Below are positions 38,837 to 49,112 of a stretch of 64,000 bases of DNA, piece by piece (positions within the stretch are counted from its first letter, which is position 1; each line of letters begins with the position of its first letter). Under the pieces are notes generated by a model. It worked only from the letters and a program-made list of their open reading frames with translations, was not told the origin of the DNA and ran no database searches. A program made the translations under genes and the position numbers. The stretch is from a virus. Lineage: Duplodnaviria; Caudoviricetes. The DNA is taken from positions 15,963-79,962 of the IMG/VR virus record IMGVR_UViG_2919380674_000001. One strand, 5' to 3'.

Positions 38837-40413
38837 CCACGACGCAGATTCGGCGGAAGCGGGTCACCGCGATCCCAGCCACGAAAACACCCGGCCACGC
38901 TACGGTGCTGGGTGTTCAGCGTCGGCGTAGAGTGGCGGCCTACGCGCGGGTATCCACCGAAGCTGAGGAACAAGCCTCCTCCTACGAGGCACAGATCGAC
39001 TACTACACCCACTACATCCAATCCCGCACCGAGTGGGAATTCGCAGGTATGTATGCCGACGAAGGCATCACCGGCACGAGCACGAAACACCGCGAAGGCT
39101 TCAAAACCATGATCGCCGACGCCCTGGCAGGCAAAATCGACCTCATCCTCACCAAGAGTGTGTCCCGGTTTGCTCGCAACACCGTCGACTCCTTGACCAC
39201 CGTGCGCAAGCTCAAAGACGCAGGCGTGGAGGTCTACTTCGAAAAAGAAAACATCTGGACACTCGATTCCAAAGGCGAACTGCTCATCACCATCATGTCC
39301 AGCCTGGCGCAAGAAGAATCCCGCTCAATTTCCGAGAACGTCACCTGGGGCCACCGTAAACGCTTCGCCGACGGGAAAATCATGGTCCCCTACGCTTCAC
39401 TGTTGGGCTACAAGAAAGGCGATGACGGAAACCTCGCCATCGACGAAACCCAAGCCCCGATCGTGCGGCGCATCTACGCCACCTTCCTAGAAGGCGCAAC
39501 ACCTCAAACCATCGCCAAAGAACTCACCGCTGATCAGATTCCTACACCGCGTGGCAAACAAATCTGGTCGCCATCCACTGTGCGATCGATCCTGACCAAC
39601 GAGAAATACAAAGGCGACGCGCTGCTCCAAAAGAGCTTCACTACCGACTTCCTGACCAAAACCATGAAAGTCAACGAAGGCGAAGTACCCCAGTACTACG
39701 TCACCGGCAACCACGAACCCATCATCACCCCAGCCACCTGGGACGTGGTCCAAGCAGAACTCGCCCGCCGCGCAGGCAAAGGCACCTCCAATACCCACCC
39801 CTTTGCCAACAAGATCACCTGCAGCGAGTGTGGTGGCTCGTTCGGGAGGAAAGTGTGGCACTCCACCAGCAAATACCGCCGCTATATCTGGCGCTGCAAC
39901 AACAAATACAAGAAAATTCATCGTTGCGCGACACCCCACGTCACCGAGGAGCAGATCAAAAACGCCTTCGTCGCCACCCTGGCTGAGCACGTCACCAACA
40001 CTGACGTTCTCGATAACACCATGTGCCTGCTCGACGAAACCGTCTACGACACCCGCGAGTTGGAAACTCAACAGGCCACGCTAGGGGAGCGGATCGAAGA
40101 AACGATCACGCTGATGAACCAACTCATCACCACCGCAGCAGCCACAACCCACGACCCCGACGACTACGACCGCCACTACCACCAGCTCGAAACCCGACAC
40201 CGCCAACTCGAGACCGAGCACCAGCACATCACCGACAAGATCGACGACCTGCGCCACCGCCGAGCACAAGCCATCAAAGTCCACGTCTACCTCGCCACCC
40301 TGCCACCACTCGCATACAGCGACCAAGCATGGAACACCCTCGTCGACCACGCCATTATCAACACTAATGGAGCCATCAGCGTCATCTTCAAAGACGAACA
40401 ATCGGCCAGCTAA
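38833..40413 (+). CDS. Large serine recombinase B
   Basis: GTG start after AGGAG; AAYARVST, KSVSRFARN, NEKYKGD; zinc ribbon and coiled coil. Confidence 0.93.
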   Translation: MTTTQIRRKRVTAIPATKTPGHATVLGVQRRRRVAAYARVSTEAEEQASSYEAQIDYYTHYIQSRTEWEFAGMYADEGITGTSTKHREGFKTMIADALAGKIDLILTKSVSRFARNTVDSLTTVRKLKDAGVEVYFEKENIWTLDSKGELLITIMSSLAQEESRSISENVTWGHRKRFADGKIMVPYASLLGYKKGDDGNLAIDETQAPIVRRIYATFLEGATPQTIAKELTADQIPTPRGKQIWSPSTVRSILTNEKYKGDALLQKSFTTDFLTKTMKVNEGEVPQYYVTGNHEPIITPATWDVVQAELARRAGKGTSNTHPFANKITCSECGGSFGRKVWHSTSKYRRYIWRCNNKYKKIHRCATPHVTEEQIKNAFVATLAEHVTNTDVLDNTMCLLDETVYDTRELETQQATLGERIEETITLMNQLITTAAATTHDPDDYDRHYHQLETRHRQLETEHQHITDKIDDLRHRRAQAIKVHVYLATLPPLAYSDQAWNTLVDHAIINTNGAISVIFKDEQSAS

Positions 40414-40497
40414 CTCGCTCACAGCAATAAAACCAGCAATTCCTACCCCGTCTTTGGAAAACACCCCCTACCGAATGAATCTGCCCCCAAGCCAGTC

Positions 40498-40549
40498 TTG
40501 TATCAAAATGAACGTGTAAGTAACCATTAGGACGCTCATTTTGATACAA
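40498..40549. other. att-like site 1 (52 bp)
   Basis: TTGTATCAAAATGAACGT-N16-ACGCTCATTTTGATACAA, a 17/18 inverted repeat; central AC at 40523-40524. Confidence 0.75.
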
Positions 40550-40730
40550 AGTATCGAGGTGAGCGTCTTTTGTTGTGCGGGCGGTGTTGGTGCTTGTCAG
40601 GGCGGTATTGGTGGTTGTTTTGAGGCGGTTCTTGCCCTGTCTTTGGGGCGTTTGGTGAGGGGTTGCGGCGGGGTTTTCGACCCCTTTTGCCGTCGGTTTA
40701 CGTGGCGTGGAGTGGTCGGTCCTTGTTGCC

Positions 40731-40842
40731 GCTAAAAAGTACGAGTTCCGCTAAAAAGTATGGGGTGTCGCTGAAAAGTATGGCTTGGTGCTAAAAGGTT
40801 TGGGTAAGCGTTAAAAAGTATGGGTCTGTGCCGAAGTTTGGG
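40731..40842 (+). repeat. Phased ~20-bp repeats (GCTAAAAAGTATGG), six copies
   Basis: Units start at 40731, 40750, 40770, 40790, 40810 and 40830. Confidence 0.75.
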
Positions 40843-41073
40843 TCGGGAATGAGAGTGGATTGGATACAAAGTTAGTTTCGACTTTGGTGCGATTTGCTGA
40901 AGCTTATGGCTTGTGAGCACAGCAAAAGGATGATTCCGCAGGTTAGCGCTTAGTGCGTTGATGCGTGTGAAGAACTTGAGCCAGTTCGGACTAACGCTGG
41001 CATAAATAGCCAACTCCCCCTTACAAAGAAGTATGGGAGTAACGTCGAAAAGTATGGATAGCACCGAAGGTTG

Positions 41074-42201
41074 TCAACATTCCTCCGGTGCCCATACGGT
41101 GAGAGCTACAGACGTGTCTGAGACCAGCTTCTTACGTGGTCGGTCAACAACAATTGCGACAGAGTGCTTGGCGCGGGTTACTGCGACGTAGAATGAACAG
41201 GCGCTTTTGTCGTCGAGCTGCTGGTTCTTAAGGCAGAAATCCTGAATGGACTTCGTTGCGAGGATCATTACGCGTTCATAGGTGCGCCCTTTGGCGACCC
41301 CGAAGTTGATGGGGTGAAGCGCAGCTTGATCTTTCCACGATGCTTTTGAGTGGCGCAGGATGGTTGGCGCAAAGGCGGTGTAGTAACTTTCAAGGTCTTG
41401 TTTGGCTACAAGAAAGACGCCGTTATGAGATGAGCTCTCGTGCATCAACGATATGGTTGGAGCAAATTCGAGGCTTGCAGGAAAGATGGTGTCTGAGAAT
41501 TCAGCAATAGCCTGGTTGAACCGATACGTTTCGGTTTTTTCTGTGATTTGTAGACATCCTTGCTTCTCGAACGCTCGATACCAATGGACAAGGTTTTGAC
41601 GGTCTGCGCCTTTGTTCCTGTTTGATGACAGGCTACTGTCGAGTAGTGATTGGCGGCTGTCTCCCACAATTAGGCATCGAACATTTTCCTGCTTGAGGAG
41701 CTGGGCGATGACATCTAAGCCGCTACGGCTGATATCCTGGGCTTCATCGATAAGTATTTCGTCATATATTTGTGAGAGACGATTCTCTACAAGGCCATTA
41801 GCCTTGAGCATGATCTGTGTGGCAAGTTCTTCCAGATGATCTTTGTAAACGAGCCCATTTGTGGTGAAGTATCTCTGTGGGTCGGTTTTCTTTATGTACC
41901 GAATCTTTGCACGCGCTTCACCGGCATCAAAGATGAAACCATTGATCCTCTGCTTGGGGAACGCTAAGGGCAAGTAGGGACGGACTACGTGATGTAGGAG
42001 AAAGGCGTACCAGCCTTCTATCTCGGGGAAACGTCCAGATTGCGTAGTGCTAGTTTTAAGACGTCCTTCAATCTCGTCTTGACCGGCGAGTGTTAACGTG
42101 AGAATCAATCTCCGTGTATCGGCTTTCTCTTGTGCACAGTGGTCAATGATGTGCTGAGTCTTTCCCGACCCTGCACATGCATGAATGAAATGGTGCTTCA
42201 T
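41074..42201 (-). CDS. gajB: UvrD-like helicase, Gabija GajB
   Basis: ACAGSGKT, IDEAQD, VGDSRQ, AKGRTY, YVAVTRAK; coupled to an OLD nuclease. Confidence 0.8.
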   Translation of the reverse strand: MKHHFIHACAGSGKTQHIIDHCAQEKADTRRLILTLTLAGQDEIEGRLKTSTTQSGRFPEIEGWYAFLLHHVVRPYLPLAFPKQRINGFIFDAGEARAKIRYIKKTDPQRYFTTNGLVYKDHLEELATQIMLKANGLVENRLSQIYDEILIDEAQDISRSGLDVIAQLLKQENVRCLIVGDSRQSLLDSSLSSNRNKGADRQNLVHWYRAFEKQGCLQITEKTETYRFNQAIAEFSDTIFPASLEFAPTISLMHESSSHNGVFLVAKQDLESYYTAFAPTILRHSKASWKDQAALHPINFGVAKGRTYERVMILATKSIQDFCLKNQQLDDKSACSFYVAVTRAKHSVAIVVDRPRKKLVSDTSVALTVWAPEEC

Positions 42202-43832
42202 GGCTGCGCCTCGATTATTTTCTCGATGGCCATGAACGCTTCTTTGAAATACTCAGGTGGATTCAAGGTGTGATCCGATTCTGCGATTGCCAAAGCCGAC
42301 TTAGTTTTATTTCCATTCTTTTGCATCCATAGCGCAATGGGATCTAACCTGACATTTGGGAAAATTTGTTTCAACAAAGCGTTGTTTCCTGCGCTTTCAA
42401 TTTGGGGTTCAAGCGTGTTTCCCAAGTCTGGGTGGCCGACGAAGATGTAGCGCTTTCCTTTTTCGAGATAATCTCTAAAGCTATTTTGCCAATGCTCTAT
42501 GGAATGCCCATCGTTATCTCTAAGGGCAAACAGCGGTTTGTGCAGTAATTTGGCCAGCTCGAAACATCTTTTGAAAGAGACACCGTTAACTGCCATGACA
42601 TCAACTCCGCAGTCCAGAGGTTCTCGCCCGAAATAGTCATGAAAGAACCTATTAAAGATGATTTCGTCTGATGGTCCCTCGACGACGACCATGAGGTCCG
42701 CGAGGATCAATCGAAGTGTGTCAAATCCGGAGAGTTTTTGAAAATATTGAATTGTTTCGCTTTCAAGGGACTCGAATCGAGCTGGATGCCCATTGGAGAT
42801 CAAAGTGATTTGGTTGAGTCCAAGTCGGTTAAGAATATAGGAGCTATGGGTTGTAATGAATACTTGTCGGCCGTGAGAAGCCTCTTGGATGTAGGAAATG
42901 AGCTGACGCATCCGAGTATGGCTGAGGTGATTCTCTGGTTCCTCGACAAAGATGAGACTGCTCTCATTAGCGTTTCGCCCTAACGCAAGAATCGTTTTCG
43001 CCACAGACTGGTTTCCTTGTCCTGCCATTGACAGCGGCACGGAATCAATGTCTGGAATCAAAGTGCTTTCCCATGAAGCCGACCGTGATTGGTCGACTTG
43101 CAAACCAACCACTGCCCCAGGGATTGAGTGGCTTTCATCACAGAGCGTGCTGTTCAACTCCTGCAGAACATCGCGGCCGAGCGTTGCACGGAGTTTTCGG
43201 TGCTCAACAGACACTTTGCTCCGGTCCTTGGAATCAAGCCGTGTCTCAAGAATTTGTCTCGTGTAATAGTTGATACCGCGTTCGGATTGGATTGTGCGAC
43301 TGTCGATTAGCGAAACAATCAGGTCTTTCGGTCGACGCAAGACTGGAAATCCTGCAAAACTTAGCCATTCGACTATGTAATATTCGGCTGGCAGGATTTC
43401 AGGGCAGTCCTCTTGTTTGACATACTCGTTGAGCTCTTGCGTGTATTCGGGATCGGGATGTGCCCATATGGAGAGGCCTACAGAATCTTCGTTTGCCATG
43501 TTATTGACGCCCCGGAGCTTCTGTAGCTCTCCCTTCTCTGTATCGAAGTAAACATCGATACGGAATTCAGGAGCAGTTTGGTAATTACGGTCAAGAGGGT
43601 CTTTAGAGAAGAACTCACTCACCAGTTGTTGATTGAACCAATACGGGTTGAGGTAATCTGTAGCTCGCGTACCATTGACGTGTCCGGTGAGTGCCAGTGT
43701 TATCGCTTCGATAAGTGTTGACTTGCCAGCTTCGTTTCCGCCAACGATGATGTTGGTTCCAGGTGTGGGTTCAAACGTAAACTCTCTGAATCTCCGATAA
43801 CCAAGTATTTGTACCTTCGATAGTATTGTCAC
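42198..43832 (-). CDS. gajA: OLD-family ABC-ATPase/TOPRIM nuclease, Gabija GajA
   Basis: GGNEAGKST, EEPENHL, TTHSS, VVEGPSD, RDND. Confidence 0.82.
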   Translation of the reverse strand: MTILSKVQILGYRRFREFTFEPTPGTNIIVGGNEAGKSTLIEAITLALTGHVNGTRATDYLNPYWFNQQLVSEFFSKDPLDRNYQTAPEFRIDVYFDTEKGELQKLRGVNNMANEDSVGLSIWAHPDPEYTQELNEYVKQEDCPEILPAEYYIVEWLSFAGFPVLRRPKDLIVSLIDSRTIQSERGINYYTRQILETRLDSKDRSKVSVEHRKLRATLGRDVLQELNSTLCDESHSIPGAVVGLQVDQSRSASWESTLIPDIDSVPLSMAGQGNQSVAKTILALGRNANESSLIFVEEPENHLSHTRMRQLISYIQEASHGRQVFITTHSSYILNRLGLNQITLISNGHPARFESLESETIQYFQKLSGFDTLRLILADLMVVVEGPSDEIIFNRFFHDYFGREPLDCGVDVMAVNGVSFKRCFELAKLLHKPLFALRDNDGHSIEHWQNSFRDYLEKGKRYIFVGHPDLGNTLEPQIESAGNNALLKQIFPNVRLDPIALWMQKNGNKTKSALAIAESDHTLNPPEYFKEAFMAIEKIIEAQP

Positions 43833-46801
43833 TGCGCTACCACCTGTTTGATGAGTGCGACGATGTCGTCGTGCTTGAGCTGTGGTGCGAACTGGACGTT
43901 GATGTTCTCGTCGCTGATGGAATCGAAGAATTTCTTGGCTGCCTTGAACCGTAGCTTCTCTGACTCGCGTAGGTCGGATTGGGCGTTGACGTCTTTTGTC
44001 TCGATGACGAAGTTCAGTGACATTTTGCCGTCTGCGCCTTTGAGTACGTACATGAAGTCTGGGCTTGTAGTACCACCGAAATAGACAGGGACACGAATGG
44101 ATCGCCTGGGGATCTTGCCGTAGACGACGACTTCGTCGAGCGCGTCGGAGTCTTGGATGTTGTCCTTTTCTTTCGGCGAGTCGTAGACGAACGCGTCGTA
44201 GAGGAACTTGTTTGGCACTTTCGCGCTGGTATCACGGTAGATGCCGATGTTGCCCTGGACGATGTCTCGTAGCGGCTTCCCGTCTGGTTCGGTCAGTGCT
44301 GTGGCTCCTAGTGGCGCGTCGATGCGCGTGTAGGAGAAGCGGTTGATGAACTCGCGTTGCATCCATTCATGGAACTGTGCGACGAATTTGGCGAGCGTAG
44401 CCTTATTGAAAAATTCCTCCGGCAACGGGTGCTTGGCGTTGTAGCGCACAAGACCGGCATTGATCGCCCGGATAGGCAAATAAGTCTGTAGGTAGGCAGC
44501 TTTGAGCCAGTCTCCATAGGTGAGCGTGTCATCGACGGAGAACACAGCCTTAGTTGATGCCTTTGCAACGAGCCCGCCATCATTGTCATGCTCGATTGTC
44601 TCTTGCATGAACCGCCTCACCTGAGCGGTGTAGATTCCTGAGTCCAAAATGTCGTCGATACAGCTGTCGATTTCTTGCTCAGTGAGGTTGTCGAGCCGCA
44701 GGTAATACTTGGCATTCACGGTCTCCCACAAGTCTTTAAGCTCGGCGTAACGCCCAGAGCGGATACCCACTTTGGTTTTGGTCTTGTTCGTCACCACCTT
44801 ATCGGGCTTGAGTTTGCCCACATTGAACTGCGGATAAGACTCCAACAGTTCTGATTCTCTTCCCTCAATAATGTTTTTGTCCGTATCGACAAATCCAGCC
44901 TGTAAGAGGCGAATAAACAAGTCGGTTTCTATAATTCCGAGCTCTGCCGCGACCTTGGGCAGGAGTTCCTTCACTGACGGTGTTGCCACTGTAGCGTCAG
45001 AGTTGATCTCGCCAATTAGCGCGTTTGCAAACGACTTCTCGGTGTAGTCGATCAGGTAGGTGAGGTAGAACTGTTCGTTTGCAAGCCGTGTACCGTTCAC
45101 GTCTACAGGCAAGCGCAGACCGCGTCCGACTTCTTGAAGCTTGGAAATCTCTGAGCCCGAGGAACGGAGTTTGACGATCTGGAAGACGTTCGGGTTATCC
45201 CACCCCTCACGCAGCGTCCACTTCGAGAAAACGAAGCGCATCGTATTGGGTGTGCCATCCGGATTCGTGAAAGAGAGCAACGCCTGCTTGTCTCGCAGGA
45301 TTTGATCAACCTCAGCTTGGATCACTTCATCACTCGAAGAATTATCCGCCGCAAAGTAGCCGCCATTCGTTGCCGTCACATCCGTCAGTGACGCACGCAG
45401 ATAGGCAGCGTACTCCTTTCCGACTGTGGATGCGTCGTTCTTGTGTTCCTCAATCTGCTCGTTCAGTTTCGCGGTGAGAAGTTCATGGAACCGTGCACGC
45501 AGATGTCCTGGCCCATCCTCACCACGGTAGGATTCAATCGAGTCGATGAAAAACAGTGTGAGTGTTTTAACCTTGGTGGAGCGACGGAAATTTTCCCACT
45601 CGGCTTCGAAGTGATTATCGAGCGCTTGTTTCATCATCAAGCTCTGGTACGTCTCTGAATACACACGGCTAGCCACAATATCGCCCGTCGCGAGGATTTG
45701 CCCGTTCGACAACGTAACACCGGATTTGATCAACGTGTTCTCGGTCTTGCCCACACCCTCAACTGTGAGACCAGCGAAATCGCCATCGACATCGCCCAGG
45801 GATTCACCTACTCGCAGCGTGATGGACTTGCCGGTATCGAGGTTATTGAACGTGACACTCTTCGGTTTTGAGCGCGACATACTAGTGAGCTTAAGCCGCA
45901 CGGACTCACCGCCGTCATCTTGCGGGTACTGTATCGCCACACCCTTAACGAGTTGCTCGTTGAACGCCTCAATCGACCCGAGGTTAAACACAAGATTGTT
46001 GTAATCCGTCGCCCCTGATTTATCTAACTTCGGGAATGTTGCACCGAACCGGAAGATAGCTTGTGGTTGGATCTGCTCAAGCAGCACTTGATAGGCCTTG
46101 TTCTCGCGGCGGAACCTGTGCGGCTCGTCAATGATCACCACTGGGCGGGTCATCGCCAATGCCTCATACGGTTGGCTCGACATGCCCAGCACTGTATGGT
46201 CGTACACGGTTGCCATCGTCGCTTTCGACTGCAACATCCCGTCCGTCATCAACAACGCGCTAATACGGCCTTTCGCTAAGCGGGAGGTCTGCACGAAATT
46301 TGAAATCGCCGAGGGGAACATCTTGCGGCCCTTGCGTCGCTTCTGTGGATCAAGCACCTCCAGATCCAACTTATAGCGACCACCGTAGGTGTCATCAAAG
46401 TACTGGCGGGCGTAGTCCGCTTTCATGAACGACCGGGTACCTTCTTTGATCGGCGTCGAGGGCACCAGAATGATGAACTTGTGGAACCCGTAAAGCCGGT
46501 TCAGCTCAAACATCAACTGCGTGTACACCAAGGTTTTACCAGTACCAGTCTCCATCTTGATATCCACGCCCAGCACACCATCATCGCTGCGGGTACGCCA
46601 CGCGCGCGGCACAGCCGCCACCCCGTCAACAGCCCCAGCCTGTATCTGCGCGATGTTATGTGCAATCTGCGGATTACTCACCTCAAAAACCGGATTCGCT
46701 TCCGCAGGACTAGTGAAGCTCAAATCAACACCAGCGAATACACCAGTCGCCGCTTTCAACGCACGCTGTTGATGCTCAAGGGTTTGAAGCCTAATCTGCA
46801 T
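43829..46801 (-). CDS. res: Type III restriction endonuclease subunit
   Basis: METGTGKT, IDEPH, LREGWDNPNVFQI, QEVGRGLR, SPDF..IETK. Confidence 0.93.
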   Translation of the reverse strand: MQIRLQTLEHQQRALKAATGVFAGVDLSFTSPAEANPVFEVSNPQIAHNIAQIQAGAVDGVAAVPRAWRTRSDDGVLGVDIKMETGTGKTLVYTQLMFELNRLYGFHKFIILVPSTPIKEGTRSFMKADYARQYFDDTYGGRYKLDLEVLDPQKRRKGRKMFPSAISNFVQTSRLAKGRISALLMTDGMLQSKATMATVYDHTVLGMSSQPYEALAMTRPVVIIDEPHRFRRENKAYQVLLEQIQPQAIFRFGATFPKLDKSGATDYNNLVFNLGSIEAFNEQLVKGVAIQYPQDDGGESVRLKLTSMSRSKPKSVTFNNLDTGKSITLRVGESLGDVDGDFAGLTVEGVGKTENTLIKSGVTLSNGQILATGDIVASRVYSETYQSLMMKQALDNHFEAEWENFRRSTKVKTLTLFFIDSIESYRGEDGPGHLRARFHELLTAKLNEQIEEHKNDASTVGKEYAAYLRASLTDVTATNGGYFAADNSSSDEVIQAEVDQILRDKQALLSFTNPDGTPNTMRFVFSKWTLREGWDNPNVFQIVKLRSSGSEISKLQEVGRGLRLPVDVNGTRLANEQFYLTYLIDYTEKSFANALIGEINSDATVATPSVKELLPKVAAELGIIETDLFIRLLQAGFVDTDKNIIEGRESELLESYPQFNVGKLKPDKVVTNKTKTKVGIRSGRYAELKDLWETVNAKYYLRLDNLTEQEIDSCIDDILDSGIYTAQVRRFMQETIEHDNDGGLVAKASTKAVFSVDDTLTYGDWLKAAYLQTYLPIRAINAGLVRYNAKHPLPEEFFNKATLAKFVAQFHEWMQREFINRFSYTRIDAPLGATALTEPDGKPLRDIVQGNIGIYRDTSAKVPNKFLYDAFVYDSPKEKDNIQDSDALDEVVVYGKIPRRSIRVPVYFGGTTSPDFMYVLKGADGKMSLNFVIETKDVNAQSDLRESEKLRFKAAKKFFDSISDENINVQFAPQLKHDDIVALIKQVVAQ

Positions 46802-46805
46802 CGCC

Positions 46806-48689
46806 CTACAGCCTCTCAATCACAGACACGATACGACCAGATTTCAGCACCGAGAGGTTTTTCTTCAACTCATGCATCACCGAAAACGTCACTGAATACC
46901 CAAACACCACAACCCGAGAAACCGCAAGATCCCCGTTCTCAAGCAGGCGAACAAGCTCCACCACGTCATCACTCGTCAAACCCGGAGAGATGATATAAGC
47001 AGAATCTCCGCACACATCCAGCTCGTAGCTCTCCAGCCGCACTTTCTCAGCAGAGGTTGTTAGCCCGTAACCGTCCTTCACCAACCACGTCGCCAACACA
47101 GTGTCATGCCCGGGCGTACCGTTCAGGTCGAATTTTGAGACATAATCCCCAGCTAGCAACGTACCGTCCTGCTTCGGATCAAACGTCAGCAGATCATCAA
47201 GAACCTGCCCAGACGGCTCCTCCAAACGATACAAGCGGAACCCATAATCAATATCCGCACCAGTCTCACCCTTAATCTTCGCAGCAGCACGCTTAATCCG
47301 CTCACGACCAATCTCGTCAATCGTGCGGTAACCAGCATCATAAGCAGGTTTCTTAGGATCAATACACTCTGGCAATTGAACGAGAATAAAGCGACGATTA
47401 CCATTATCTTCAGCGTTGAGTTGCATCAAAGCATCAGCTGTTGTTCCAGAGCCAGAGAAGAAATCCATTATCACAGCTGAGGAGTCCCAGTGGAGTGAGA
47501 TTAGATATTTAACTAGAGCAGTCGGTTTTGGCTGTGAGAACACCTTATCTGAATTAAGTAGAGCCGCAAGTTCCTTTGTCCCATGGCTGTTATATCCCAC
47601 GTCTTCAGTTCGCAAAAGGGCGTCGCCAGGCTGTCCTTCCTGTACTGTCCACAAGTACCGCTTAGCAGAAGGATTGCCGTCTTTGGAGAAAACAATCTGT
47701 CCGGTCGCCTCCATCGATCTGAGCGTTTCTTCTGAGTACCTTGGGAAAGATCCTTCTGGTGCTGTCCAGATAATCCCATTCTTAAAGGTGTACGTGTACG
47801 GCTTCGCATAGTTTCGTGCGTAGATCGGATCTAATTTATATGGCCCTTTACCGTCCTGGTCATCACGGTTGTATGCCTTTGATTTGTCGTACTTTGCGCG
47901 CAGTCGAAACCGATCGTCGCTAACGTATGTATCCCTATTTGTGAGGCTAACTACGACAAAATCTGTATTTTCATTCATATCTTCGGAACTATTGCGAACG
48001 GTATGCAAAGCTTTTCGAGTAAGCGTTGCGACTGCATTTTGTTCTCCGAAAATCTCATCGCAGAGTAGTCTCAGATTCGCAAGTTCATTGTTGTCGATAC
48101 TGATGAATATGACTCCATCGTCGGAAAGCAACTGTTTAGCGAGCTGGAGACGCGGATACATGAAGGTGAGCCACGCGGAATGTGAGGACTTGCCTTGAAG
48201 GTCAAGTACTCGTTCTGCTTCGTCTTCGCTGAGACCGATCTTGTCGACAAGCTGTGCAGATGTGAATCCGAAGTCGTCGTTGTAGATGAACCCATCGGAG
48301 CCTGTGTTGTAGGGCGGGTCGATGTAGATGCACTTGACTTTGCCTGCATAGGAGCCGAGCAGGTGTTTGAGGGCGTCGAGGTTGTCGCCGACGATATAGA
48401 GGTTTTCGGAGTCCTTGTTTTCCGGTTGGCTATTGTGCTCTAGATCTGGAACGACAACAGTTTCAGTCTCAGTGGAAGTTAGATACTTGGCATAGGATTT
48501 ACCAAGGAATTTCAGTTCGTAGCCCTCTTTAGTAAGGTTTACCCCCCCCCGCGTGAGGCAGGCTTGGAATTTATCGAGCATAAACTCGCCGTCTTTGTCG
48601 AAATACTCTGGCAGTGTTGCACGCAGCCGCTCGATGTCAAATTCGTTCGGGGTAACGGTTTCGTTGTATTCGTGAGCGTCACGGATCAT
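46806..48689 (-). CDS. mod: Type III methyltransferase subunit (m6A)
   Basis: GDNLDALK, IYIDPPYNTG, WLTFMYPRL, DFFSGSGTT. Confidence 0.93.
   Translation of the reverse strand: MIRDAHEYNETVTPNEFDIERLRATLPEYFDKDGEFMLDKFQACLTRGGVNLTKEGYELKFLGKSYAKYLTSTETETVVVPDLEHNSQPENKDSENLYIVGDNLDALKHLLGSYAGKVKCIYIDPPYNTGSDGFIYNDDFGFTSAQLVDKIGLSEDEAERVLDLQGKSSHSAWLTFMYPRLQLAKQLLSDDGVIFISIDNNELANLRLLCDEIFGEQNAVATLTRKALHTVRNSSEDMNENTDFVVVSLTNRDTYVSDDRFRLRAKYDKSKAYNRDDQDGKGPYKLDPIYARNYAKPYTYTFKNGIIWTAPEGSFPRYSEETLRSMEATGQIVFSKDGNPSAKRYLWTVQEGQPGDALLRTEDVGYNSHGTKELAALLNSDKVFSQPKPTALVKYLISLHWDSSAVIMDFFSGSGTTADALMQLNAEDNGNRRFILVQLPECIDPKKPAYDAGYRTIDEIGRERIKRAAAKIKGETGADIDYGFRLYRLEEPSGQVLDDLLTFDPKQDGTLLAGDYVSKFDLNGTPGHDTVLATWLVKDGYGLTTSAEKVRLESYELDVCGDSAYIISPGLTSDDVVELVRLLENGDLAVSRVVVFGYSVTFSVMHELKKNLSVLKSGRIVSVIERL
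48542..48550 (-). repeat. G9 homopolymer inside the 5' end of mod
   Basis: C9 on the + strand; encodes R-G-G-V in frame. Confidence 0.8.
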
Positions 48690-48940
48690 TGTGCGATCTC
48701 CTGTTCGTTTGGGACGACTTCGCAGATGTCGTTTATGTCGCATTCTAGGGCGGTGCAGATCCTGGCGAGGACGTCTGTGGTGACGTTGCCATCACGTCCT
48801 AGTTTGGCGATGGTGGCTGGTGATAGGCCGGTTGCGTGGCGTAGGTCTTCTCGGGTCATGTCGCGGTCGATGAGGAGTTTCCACAAGGGTTTGGAGGTGA
48901 TGGTCAATTGGGTTCGGCTCCTTGTGTGGTGGTTGTTCAA
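48686..48940 (-). CDS. XRE/HTH_26 transcriptional regulator
   Basis: KPLWKLLIDRDM, LSPATIAKLG, VLARICTALECDINDI; ATGA overlap with mod. Confidence 0.88.
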   Translation of the reverse strand: MNNHHTRSRTQLTITSKPLWKLLIDRDMTREDLRHATGLSPATIAKLGRDGNVTTDVLARICTALECDINDICEVVPNEQEIAQ

Positions 48941-49112
48941 GGTCGAGGCTGGTGCTTGGTTTGCAACTACACCGGGTCACCGTGAACGTGAAGGCCTTAC
49001 TCACATGCTACCGCTTGGCACTGACTTTAAGCTGTTTGACACCTGACGGGTCGAGTTACTCGTCTCACAACCCTGATTGCTCCACATGAGTGGTTTGCAC
49101 CCACAATCAGCC

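Larger units (their letters stand above)
1..40524 (+). mobile_element. Prophage 1 (HK97-type siphovirus with tandem large serine recombinases); left end lies outside the window
   Basis: Co-oriented replication, packaging, head, tail, lysis and recombinase genes, ending at the att-like site 40498-40549. Confidence 0.9.

Noticed and set aside
40731-40842. 20-bp periodic repeats as a CRISPR array
   Set aside because: Units are short and degenerate with ~6-nt gaps; there are no 30-40 nt spacers and no cas genes
40541-41064. Short ORFs 40541-40735 and 40732-41064
   Set aside because: They run through att-adjacent repeats and show low-complexity translation
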